Assembly (NCBI GenBank): GCA_965230905.1
Contig: OZ246396.1
Coordinates: 960,001-992,000, forward strand
Source of the DNA: Candidatus Saccharimonadota bacterium
Lineage (GTDB): Bacteria > Patescibacteriota > Gracilibacteria > UBA1369 > 2-02-FULL-48-14
Direction of reading: 5' to 3'
Length of the DNA: 32,000 bases
Position numbers and translations under genes: made by a program
The notes under the pieces: model-generated
Seen by the model: only the letters and a program-made list of their open reading frames with translations
What the model was told of the DNA's origin: nothing
The model's database searches: none
Part shown: positions 17,111-25,300 of the stretch, one piece after another
How the letters are laid out: the number at the start of each line of letters is the position of its first letter
Position numbering within the stretch: position 1 is the first letter of the stretch

Positions 17111-17144
17111 GTGATTGTCATCCAATGCTGACGACAGTAAATGT

Positions 17145-17172
17145 TTGACCGGAGGTTTTTGGCGAGTATATT
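17145..17172 (+). promoter_or_regulatory. sigma70-like promoter candidate for the coiled-coil ORF pair
   Basis: TTGACC (17145-17150), 16-nt spacer, TATATT (17167-17172), then AAGTCC (17176-17181) and the ATG at 17199. Confidence 0.4.
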
Positions 17173-17198
17173 TGGAAGTCCTTTAAACTTTTCACGCT

Positions 17199-17402
17199 AT
17201 GAAAAAGAAAGAAATTGATTTACAGAAAATTCAACAAACTAAGGAAGAGCTTAAGGAAGTTAATAAGCTGCTAGATGATTATTTTAAAAAAGAAATGAAG
17301 AGAAAGAGAGAAGAAAAACTCAAAGATTTTTCTCCTGCAGAAAGATCTGCCTACACTTCAGGATTCTTGGATGGAACTATTGAAGCAAATGGATCATACT
17401 AA
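17199..17402 (+). CDS. small K/E-rich helical protein (hypothetical)
   Basis: 67-aa ORF starting at an ATG, in an AT-richer stretch, with a charged helical composition. It overlaps the next ORF by 32 nt in a different frame. Confidence 0.45.
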   Translation: MKKKEIDLQKIQQTKEELKEVNKLLDDYFKKEMKRKREEKLKDFSPAERSAYTSGFLDGTIEANGSY

Positions 17403-17781
17403 TTTTACTCACCAATTTATGACTACTGATTTAAAGACAGAACGAATACTCGATGAGCTCCATAAGGGCTTTAAACGAATCGATAAGAAGATAGGCACTC
17501 TTGATAGAAAAATAGGCAAGCTTGATGGGAAAGTGACTAGTTTGGATGAAAAAGTCTCTAGCCTTGACGAGAAGGTCTCTAGCCTGGATTTGAAACTCAA
17601 TACACTCGATGGCAAACTTTCTTCAGTCATTGTTGAGGTTACTTCTAATGGTCGGAAGTTAGATCAACTGGTAACTCAAAAGGAATTTGGTGAATTTAAA
17701 GATCAAACACTCACGCATTTTGATGGACTTTCTAAACAAATCGAAGACCTTCAGGAAGACAGGCTCCTTCTCAAAGCCTAG
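17371..17781 (+). CDS. coiled-coil protein with 7 tandem heptads (hypothetical)
   Basis: 136 aa. The run [49 protein letters not shown] is a heptad series. Start alternatives are ATG 17371, 17389 or 17419. No TM segment. Confidence 0.6.
   Translation: MELLKQMDHTNFTHQFMTTDLKTERILDELHKGFKRIDKKIGTLDRKIGKLDGKVTSLDEKVSSLDEKVSSLDLKLNTLDGKLSSVIVEVTSNGRKLDQLVTQKEFGEFKDQTLTHFDGLSKQIEDLQEDRLLLKA
17479..17625 (+). repeat. 7 x 21-bp imperfect in-frame tandem repeat
   Basis: Each unit encodes (L/I)-D-x-K-(I/V/L)-x-x. The two central units, LDEKVSS at 17542-17583, encode identical peptides. Confidence 0.85.
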
Positions 17782-18533
17782 TTCTCCTCTTCCTCCGCAC
17801 GTCCGGTGTGTGCAAATTCCCAGGCCATCATGAAGATGGCGCGTTGAGTGTTGGCGATTTCGGGGCTTTCGATAACCATGCCCACTATTTCTTTTTTGCC
17901 AAAGGAGACGATGGAAACCTTGTCGTCGTAGATGTTGATTTCGTTGGAGAAGGCGTAGGGGCCGGCTTTCACCAGGCGGATTTCGCGGTGCTTTTTTTCG
18001 TTATCGGCGGCGATGCGTTTGCCCAGTTCATCGAGGGGTGCGATTCCGCGGAGGTAGATGCGGTGCTTCACGCGCTCGTTCACATAGTCCTTATCGTAAG
18101 TTGGCCAGTGTTCGCGGATGGATTTGGAATCCGCGTAATTCAGGATTTCGGTTTTGGCGGTCAGGGTGTCGGCGTAGATTTTTTTCACGCCGGTGATGCC
18201 TTCGTAGTAACGGATGCGTGGGATGTAGGTGCTGCCGTGGAGGCGGCGGAGGTCGGGGAGCACTTCTTTGAAGTCGAGGTATTTTTGGCGGATGTCTTGG
18301 CGGATCAGGTCAGGTTCGGTTGCGGTGAAATAGGTCACGCGATCTTTCGTCACGCTGCTCATGTATTTGCGTTCCATGAGTTTTTCCAAAACATCATAAG
18401 TGGTTACGCGGTTGAGCTTGGAGCGCAGGGCGATGTCGGAGGCGGGGGAAGGGCCGAGCTCGAGCGCAGCCAAATAGACTTTAGATTCTTTAGGCGTGAA
18501 GCCGATGTTGGTTAGAACATTTTGTAGGCTCAT
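17778..18533 (-). CDS. TrmB-family helix-turn-helix transcriptional regulator
   Basis: N-terminal w[54 protein letters not shown], followed by a TrmB-like C-terminal domain. Confidence 0.8.
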   Translation of the reverse strand: MSLQNVLTNIGFTPKESKVYLAALELGPSPASDIALRSKLNRVTTYDVLEKLMERKYMSSVTKDRVTYFTATEPDLIRQDIRQKYLDFKEVLPDLRRLHGSTYIPRIRYYEGITGVKKIYADTLTAKTEILNYADSKSIREHWPTYDKDYVNERVKHRIYLRGIAPLDELGKRIAADNEKKHREIRLVKAGPYAFSNEINIYDDKVSIVSFGKKEIVGMVIESPEIANTQRAIFMMAWEFAHTGRAEEEEN

Positions 18534-18788
18534 TGTAAATTCTTTTTAGTGTGTAGGAATTTTCGACAGCCCGCTGAATGCTTCAGCATAGCCCCGGACT
18601 TTTTCTAGGTCAACGTGGATTGTTAAGCTTCACCAACAGTCAAAAAAGCGCTTGTAAGTCACACTTGCGGGACGTCGCGCTGCGCGTTAAAAAGGGAATG
18701 ACCCTTAACCCCTTGCCCCATGACGCCCGTAGCTTCTCTTCAAACAGTTTCTGCAGAGGAACTCCTGCGTGGAGTTCGCCGTGAACAC

Positions 18789-20153
18789 ATGTACGCCAAG
18801 TATCCTCGCAGCAATGTGACCAAAGAAATGGTCATGAAAATGGCAGAAGAACATGGCGTTCAATTTGTGGATATGCAATTCACGGATATGGATGGGATTT
18901 TGAAGGCCGTGACTTTGCCCGTGCACAAACTCGAAGATGGAATCGACAACAATGTGTGGTTCGACGGATCTTCCATTGCTGGATTCACCACGATCACGGA
19001 ATCGGACATGATTTTGAAACCCGACCTCGATACTTTTGTGGTTTTGCCTTGGACCATGGGCAGCGAAGACGTTACCGCGCGCTTGATTTGCGATGTGCTC
19101 AACCCGGATGGAACTCCATTTGAAGGTGACCCACGATACATTTTGCGCAAACAAATGGCGGAGGCGAAGAAGCTGGGACTCGAGGCGTTTATGGGACCTG
19201 AACTCGAATTCTTTCTATTCAAGTTGGATGCGAACGGGCAACCCACCACGGAGCCACACGACGGAGCCGGGTACTTTGATCAATACACCGATGAAGCACT
19301 CGGGCTCCGCCGCGATATGGCGTTTGCGCTCGACATGATGGGAATTGAAATCGAACGCATGCACCACGAGGTAGCTGCGGGGCAAAGCGAAATCAATTTT
19401 AAATACACCGACGCGCTTCACACGGCTGACAATGCGATTTCTTACAAACTTGCCCTCAAGGCCGTGGCGAAGAAGCACGGACTCCACGCTACTTTTATGC
19501 CAAAACCCGTATTCGGAATCAATGGAAGCGGAATGCACGTGCACCAATCGCTGTCTTCCACAACAGATGGTGTGAACCAATTTTATGATCAAAAAGGAAC
19601 TTATGGACTTTCTACTTTGGCACAGAGCTATATCGCGGGACAACTCATGCACATACGTGCCATGAACGCTGTGATGAACCCAACGGTGAACTCTTACAAG
19701 CGACTCGTGGTGGGTTACGAAGCGCCGGTGAACGCCGCGTGGGGACAACGAAACCGAAGCGCTTTGATCCGCATTCCTCGCATCAGTCCTGCGGTGGCCG
19801 CCAAGGGGGCGCGCATTGAACTCCGCTGCCCAGATCCTTCTGCCAATCCTTACTTGGCCTTTGCCGTGATGATGGCGGCCGGTTTGGACGGAATTAAGAA
19901 AGGCCTGGTAGCGCCTGCCCCTGTGGAAGAAAACATTTGGGAACTTAGCCCCAAACAGATGAAGAAAATGGGAATCCGCACGGTGGCCGGAAATCTGAAA
20001 GAAGCCATCGATGAACTCGAAAAAGATGAAGTGATCCGAGGCGCGCTCGGTGAAGCGACTTTCCAAAAGTTCTACGACGCCAAACTCAGCGAATGGGAAT
20101 CATTCCGCACCAGCGTTTCTAAGTGGGAGACCGATCGATATCTGGGTTGCTAG
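18789..20153 (+). CDS. glnA: glutamine synthetase type I
   Basis: Motifs FDGSSIAGF, GSGMHVHQS and NPYLAFA. The start is moved to ATG 18789 because MYAKYPRSNVTKEMV...VQFVDMQFTD aligns with the Bacillus GlnA N-terminus (MAKYTREDIEKLV...IRLQFTD, as I recall it). The track start is 18720. Confidence 0.9.
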   Translation: MYAKYPRSNVTKEMVMKMAEEHGVQFVDMQFTDMDGILKAVTLPVHKLEDGIDNNVWFDGSSIAGFTTITESDMILKPDLDTFVVLPWTMGSEDVTARLICDVLNPDGTPFEGDPRYILRKQMAEAKKLGLEAFMGPELEFFLFKLDANGQPTTEPHDGAGYFDQYTDEALGLRRDMAFALDMMGIEIERMHHEVAAGQSEINFKYTDALHTADNAISYKLALKAVAKKHGLHATFMPKPVFGINGSGMHVHQSLSSTTDGVNQFYDQKGTYGLSTLAQSYIAGQLMHIRAMNAVMNPTVNSYKRLVVGYEAPVNAAWGQRNRSALIRIPRISPAVAAKGARIELRCPDPSANPYLAFAVMMAAGLDGIKKGLVAPAPVEENIWELSPKQMKKMGIRTVAGNLKEAIDELEKDEVIRGALGEATFQKFYDAKLSEWESFRTSVSKWETDRYLGC

Positions 20154-21121
20154 TTTCGCAATAAAATTCTTTCAATCGCCAATAAATACTGGTCTTCTTC
20201 CCTTGGTTTCAGGGGAATGAGGCCAGTTTTTAGTCGAGTGTCGAGTTCGAGGAAGCCGGCTAGGGTGCGGCGCAGGGTGTCGTAAGTGAAGTTTTTGGTG
20301 AAGCGGACGCTGCTGCTTATCACAAAAGGATGCACGCCCATTTTGCGGGCCATCATGGCGGGTGGCAGGTTTTGTTCGCTGAGGGCTTTCATCTCCAAAA
20401 TGAGGCGAAATTGGCGCACGATCATGGAAAAAATAAAAGCAGGGTCTTCGCCTTGTTCCTGCAGCTGCTCCAGCGTTGAGAGCGCTCCTGGGTAATTTTT
20501 TTGTGCAAGCTGGTCCGTGAGGGTGAAGATGGATTTTTGAACGTTGCCGGTCACGAGTTCATCAATCATTTCCCGCGTTATGATTTGGCCGCGTGCGTAG
20601 AGGCAGAGTTTTTGAACTTCTTGGTCGAGGGCAAAGAGGTCATCGCCGATTACGCTGGCTAGATAAGTGGCCGGTTCAGACTGAAGTTTGCCTTGGTTTT
20701 GTTCGGCGCGGCGTTGAATCCAGGTGGTCAACTGCACTCCCTTGGGTTTGAGGAAAAGGCGGTTGGTGGCCAGGGTGCTCAGTTTTTTAAAGATGCTGGT
20801 GCGTTTGTCGGGTTCTTTGAGCTCGGCCATAACGAGGATGGTGGAGTCGGGCAGTTTTTCCAGGGCGGGAAGGAGTTCATTGGCTTCGTCCGCCTTTTTT
20901 CCGCTGAGAAAATTCCGTAAAATCACCAGGCGCATGTCGGACAAAAACGGCAGCGTAGAAATTGAGCTAATAATTTGTTCAAGTGAGGCGGTTTCGCCGT
21001 CGAGTTCTTCTAAATCACTGTCGCCGTGTTTATCCACAAAAGCGGCTTTCCAGCGCTTTACTTCTTGGAGAAGGGAAAAACTGTCTTCACCGGCCATGAG
21101 GAAAAGGTTTTGGCTGCTCAT
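20150..21121 (-). CDS. holA: DNA polymerase III delta subunit
   Basis: 323 aa. The N-terminus LFLMAGEDSFSLLQEVKRWK and the length and helical C-terminus fit HolA. Confidence 0.75.
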   Translation of the reverse strand: MSSQNLFLMAGEDSFSLLQEVKRWKAAFVDKHGDSDLEELDGETASLEQIISSISTLPFLSDMRLVILRNFLSGKKADEANELLPALEKLPDSTILVMAELKEPDKRTSIFKKLSTLATNRLFLKPKGVQLTTWIQRRAEQNQGKLQSEPATYLASVIGDDLFALDQEVQKLCLYARGQIITREMIDELVTGNVQKSIFTLTDQLAQKNYPGALSTLEQLQEQGEDPAFIFSMIVRQFRLILEMKALSEQNLPPAMMARKMGVHPFVISSSVRFTKNFTYDTLRRTLAGFLELDTRLKTGLIPLKPREEDQYLLAIERILLRN

Positions 21122-21137
21122 GAACGCATCTTAAAGT

Positions 21138-22031
21138 TTATTTGTCGCAAAAGAAAGCGACGCCGGAGGCATTTTCGCCGGTCCATTCCTTCAGCTCACT
21201 CGATCTCTTCAACTCACTCCAAAGATCCGTCAAAAATTTCTGTGGTGTGGAGGCACGGGGTAGCTTGCTTGCGTACCAGTCTTCGAGACGCACATTTTCC
21301 AAACCGTCGGTTCCAGCCACCAAACGATCTCCTCTACTGAGCTGTAATTCTGCCATATAGGGGCTTACAAACGCTTCTGAGGGGTCAGTCTCTCTACCAG
21401 AATGTAGACCGGTGAGCGTTCGTGCGTCTACAGCGCTCCTTTTTGAATTTTCTATTAAGGAAAAAATGCGCCTGCGTTCTTCGCTTAATCTGGCCAAGAC
21501 TTCCCGATGTCCATCTGGTCCTTTTAGATCACGGCCTTCGTGATACCACCAGGTTCTAAACTCTTCGGCGCCTTTGGTCTCCGGCACCAGAGCGGGATGT
21601 GGGAAAAAATCTCCATTCAAACGAGTGTCTGGGTCGCCCACTCGGTGGGCTTGAACGGTGAGATCGTCGATGAGCATGCAGAGACCCGTTGCGCGGCCGG
21701 GGTGCGATGAGTAGTGTTTGTTTATAGATTCACGGATGTGATGTTGCATCTCACGCACATCTACCGTGCCGGTTTCCTTGAGTTGCTCCTGAGCGTATTC
21801 ACTGCCATATTTAACGACGTATTTTGCCATTTCACCTCCACCTATGGGGAAGTGCACGCCATCTGAAGAACAGATGACGAGTTTGCCATCGTGTACACCG
21901 GCCCAGAGTGCATCCAGTTGACTGGGGCGACTTCCTTGAATATAAAGCAGTGCAGCTTTTCCGCCCTTCAGTTCAATGGGGTTGCTGACTGCATCGTGGT
22001 CGCCGGGTAAATAGTGGTATTCTTTATCCAT
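21138..22031 (-). CDS. divergent PP2C/SpoIIE-like phosphatase-fold protein (tentative)
   Basis: 297 aa with four PP2C-like motifs in order. SSDGVHFPIGGGEMA resembles xDGMGGhxxGexA. ATGLCMLI...AHRVGDPDTRL resembles GTTL...ahvGDSRxyl. GDRLVAGTDGLENV resembles gDxlLLCSDGL. ENASGVAFF resembles DNiTvvv. An insert of about 70 aa lies between them. Confidence 0.5.
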   Translation of the reverse strand: MDKEYHYLPGDHDAVSNPIELKGGKAALLYIQGSRPSQLDALWAGVHDGKLVICSSDGVHFPIGGGEMAKYVVKYGSEYAQEQLKETGTVDVREMQHHIRESINKHYSSHPGRATGLCMLIDDLTVQAHRVGDPDTRLNGDFFPHPALVPETKGAEEFRTWWYHEGRDLKGPDGHREVLARLSEERRRIFSLIENSKRSAVDARTLTGLHSGRETDPSEAFVSPYMAELQLSRGDRLVAGTDGLENVRLEDWYASKLPRASTPQKFLTDLWSELKRSSELKEWTGENASGVAFFCDK

Positions 22032-22043
22032 AAAAAGAGCCTC

Positions 22044-22072
22044 ATCATATCAGATAAGGCTCTTCAGTTCAA
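22044..22072 (-). promoter_or_regulatory. sigma70-like promoter candidate, near-leaderless, for the 21138..22031 gene
   Basis: On the minus strand: TTGAAC (22067-22072), 17-nt spacer, TATGAT (22044-22049). The ATG lies 12 nt after the -10 box. The region overlaps a hairpin AAGAGCC/GGCTCTT (22035-22064). Confidence 0.35.
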
Positions 22073-22076
22073 TGGC

Positions 22077-22363
22077 TTAGGAACTCTAAGTTTCCCTTTC
22101 CCTGTTTCATCCTATGGGTGGATTTCTTCAACGGGAGCGAAAGAAGTCGGATGCATGATCCTCCTTCTTTCTTCCTTATAGTTTATGTTTCAAAAATCCA
22201 CCCATAGAACCACGGAAAGGGACCGTGAATTCCTAAACAGACTGAAGACCCTTGTTGAAGCTCAGCGTAAACTGTTAGGAAGGAGTTTTCTGAATCATGC
22301 ATGAAGAAAACTCCGCTCCCAGCTGAGCTGAGACAACGGAGTCTTTGTTAGTCTGTTTAGGAA
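22077..22363. repeat. two tandem nested long-range inverted-repeat sets (rod-like hairpins)
   Basis: Hairpin 1 pairs 22077-22086 with 22227-22236 (9/10), 22093-22101 with 22214-22222 (9/9), 22112-22125 with 22194-22207 (14/14), 22139-22146 with 22164-22171 (8/8) and 22149-22152 with 22158-22161. Hairpin 2 pairs 22230-22243 with 22350-22363 (14/14), 22259-22266 with 22322-22329 (8/8) and 22282-22291 with 22305-22314 (10/10). Both apices contain ATGCATGA. Confidence 0.8.
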
Positions 22364-22374
22364 TTTAGAGCTCT

Positions 22375-25300
22375 CTAGTTCACACCTTTTTCCGTGTTTA
22401 TATTCACGTAGTCAGAGAGGGCAGGTGGCGTATTCAAGATGATACGGCTGTCGTACTTGATCACAATTCCTCCTCCATCAATGGTGGGGGGACCTACGTA
22501 CTTGGCACGTTCGATCAAGGTTTGGATGTTTCCGTAGAAGGAACCTTCCACCGTGAGCTGTTCGTCCACGGCGCTGCGTTCATCGCCGTCGAATTTTTGA
22601 TCGGTGTAGTACACTCCAACCAGTTTTTGCGCGCTATCGTCGATGTAGATGTCTCCATCCTGAACCACGAAGGCGATGGAAGGGAGGTTTTTGTAGTCGG
22701 AAATGTTTTGGGTTTTGGCGTAGCTGATATCACCCGTGAGAACCAAGTCTCCGCCTTTCACAATCACGGTCCAAGCGCCGGCTGGAACCTCGAGTTTACC
22801 GAGGGTCATTTTTCCATCGTTGCTTTGAGAAGCATCGAAGTAAAGAATGTTGCTATCACGGTTGTTGCTGTTGGTGAGAGCGGCTGTGAGTTCAGACCAA
22901 GACGTGTAGGTGCTGTCACCAGGCGCTTGAGAAGTATCCGCATTGCGGGTGGCCTGGCTCAAGTGGTCACTGGTGGTGCTTTCCACACTGGTTTTTGCCC
23001 AGAGGTCGGTCACTTTAGCCACGATTTCACACACGTAGGAACTGAGGTTTCCAATCAGATTGTCTTCATCATCGTCACAGAATGAAACGGTGGAAGTGGA
23101 GTAACTGCTCATGTACTCATCCGCTGTGTCGTTTTGGTTGTTGTCGCCTTCTTGCAAGATGATGAGCGAGTCCACGTTGCGGTAGTCGCTGCTGGTGGCG
23201 TCGTCTTCATCCACGAATATGCAGGCGATGTCGGAACCGCCCTGAAGGGCCACTTCCAAGTACACGTCTCCGGCGTTTTGTGTCATGAGGTAAGAACAAA
23301 GCACTACGAGTTTTGCGCTATCGGTGAGCACAGCCGATTCAAAAGCTTCCACGCTAGCGGTGTTTTCAAATTCTTCCGTGAGACATTCGTCTGCATTATC
23401 ACCACAGTTGAGGCCAGAGTTGATGACTCCCACGTAACGGATACGAATCGTGGCATCATCGCCGTAGTCGTCTTGTACCGTTCCTGCGTTTTCAATCACT
23501 ACTTCACCGTCTTTTTCAGGCAAGAAATTGGGATTGTAACAAACGCCTTCGCTTTCTAGATCGTCGTCTTTGTCGTATTCACATTCTTCGATGAGAACGG
23601 ATTCTTGGTTGAGGCCGACAGGATATTTGACGTAAGCGACGAAGCTCTCATAGTTGTTTTTGAATGCATCGGATCCCACATAGTTGGCGATGCTTTGTGA
23701 ATCTTCTTCACGACACTTGGCTGGGGTTTCACACCCGAATCCCATGTTCGTGATGAGATTGTACTCATCATAGGCTCCGTTGAATTTACTTTTCACGAGT
23801 TCTTCGTAAGTGGTCGCAAGGCGAACGTTTCCTCCTGAATCACTTCCATCTCCTTTAGTTCCTTCAAGTTCAAGTTCAGAGCCCCACATGGCGTCGGTGA
23901 ACGTGATGGCTTCTTCTTCGCCGGCAGGGTTGTATTCTAGGGTGTAGAACGCGCGGTCTTCATCGTGAGAGAAGAAGACGCCTTCGTCGGTGTAAGAATT
24001 CTTTTCGGATGCGAAGTTGAAGGTGTAGATGAATTTTTCAAAAGTTCCTACTTCCACTTCTTCGGTGTCGAGTTCTTCACAGACTTTACCCGCTTCACTC
24101 ACCGTGATTTCGGAATCTTCACACACTTCGTTGAAGGTGATGTCGATACAATTTCGGGTTTCACCGTCTTCAAAGGCAACGATGATTTCCTCACAACCTT
24201 CGTAGGTGACGCCATCGTATTCCCATTCGCCGTCGTATTTTTCGTCGTCGCTATCTCTGGCTTCGTAACAGATTTCGATTTCACGTTCATCTTCTCCGTT
24301 GCTATCCAAACAGAGTTCAACCTCGGGAACGTCTTCACAGTTGTAAGTTTGAATTTCTTCAGGGAATTCGATTTCTGTACAAAAGGGAACTTCTGGGGTG
24401 GGTTGAGTGATGCTGAATTGGTCGCTACAAATGAGGGCGTCGTTTTGGATGTAAGCACGAACGATGTCGTCGGCTTGGCCGCCGGTGTAGGTGAAGGTCA
24501 CGGTGCTGGAAACTCCAGAAACCGCGATTTCCAAACGTCCATCGCTGTAACCAGAGTTGGATCCGTCTGAGTAGTGCAGTTGTCCAGATCCGCTCTTAGT
24601 TATGATGAGCGTACCCGTCCATGTTGAATCGCTGCCTTGTACCACTACGCTTCCGTTGATGGTTCCGGCGTCCACGTCATCTGCTTCCATTTCCACACTA
24701 TCGGGGCTGAGTTCAAGGTCTTCACAAATCAGACCAGGTGCGGGTTGAGTGATGGTGAAGACATCGCTACATAGCGTTTCATCTCCACTGATGTAAGAAC
24801 TCACCACGTCTCCGGCGTGTCCGTTTCGGTAGAACACCGTTACGTTCATAGTGCTTCCGCTCACAGGGATTTCAAGGTGTCCGTCTCCGGCGGTGGAAGG
24901 GCTTCCGTCGCTGTAGAACAAGGCACCGGTTCCGGTGTGTTCCACAATCAAGGTTCCTGTCCATGTGGCGTCTTCACCTTGTACGGTGATGATCACGGGA
25001 ATGTTTCCGGCATCCACGTCGGTAGCCGCCATGGTGTAGGAATCAGGGCTCATTTGAAGGTCCACACAAACGGGAGCTTCTTCTTCTGGAGGAGGAGGGA
25101 GGATTTCTTCGTCGTTACATGCAGGCCTATCGCCGAGCACAAATACAGAAAGTTCATTGCCGGCTTCATAATTTTCCCAGCAAATGGTTCCGGTATAAGA
25201 AGTGAATCCGGTGAAAGCCAAGTTGGAAGGGTTGCCGGTGCTGCTTCCGGCGGTTTCGTTCATGGTCATGGTCAAGTTACCCGTGTTTGCGGTGCGGGTG

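Noticed and set aside
17479-17625. Possible CRISPR-like or non-coding satellite interpretation of the 21-bp repeats
   Set aside because: The units are contiguous with no spacers, are multiples of 3 in one open frame, and conserve the encoded heptad rather than the nucleotide sequence. This is a coding tandem repeat.
17808-18515. 235-aa plus-strand ORF antisense to the TrmB-like regulator
   Set aside because: This is a shadow frame of a gene with a clear wHTH signature. The translation is G/V/F/D-rich with no motif, and the start is a non-ATG codon.
18610-18680. Possible GlnR/TnrA-type operator (TGTNA-N7-TNACA) or glutamine riboswitch in the 255-nt glnA leader
   Set aside because: TGTTA-agcttcac-CAACA (about 18621-18638) has an 8-nt spacer and an imperfect second half-site. 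TGTAAGTCACACTTGCG lacks the TNACA half. I see nothing resembling the glnA-RNA consensus. The long leader remains unexplained, but no specific call is supported.
40-18788. N-terminal extensions in the ORF track that start at non-ATG codons or too-early ATGs (40, 1210, 6238, 11133, 11467, 11957, 14434, 18720)
   Set aside because: Each extension overlaps a terminator, an upstream gene or a promoter or palindrome. In each case an internal ATG gives an N-terminus matching the family (PadR, GlnA, EamA) or a sensible signal peptide.
19215-20066. 283-aa minus-strand ORF, plus 18705..19154 and 18860..19249, antisense to glnA
   Set aside because: glnA is unambiguous on the plus strand. The antisense translations are R/H-rich shadow frames.
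22034-22066. Hairpin AAGAGCC/GGCTCTT with a minus-strand U-run, read as the terminator of the giant-gene operon
   Set aside because: This is not called as a terminator. The loop is large (about 17 nt), the U-run abuts the ATG of the next gene, and the same bases give a good -35/-10 promoter match. Both readings are mentioned, but neither is decisive.
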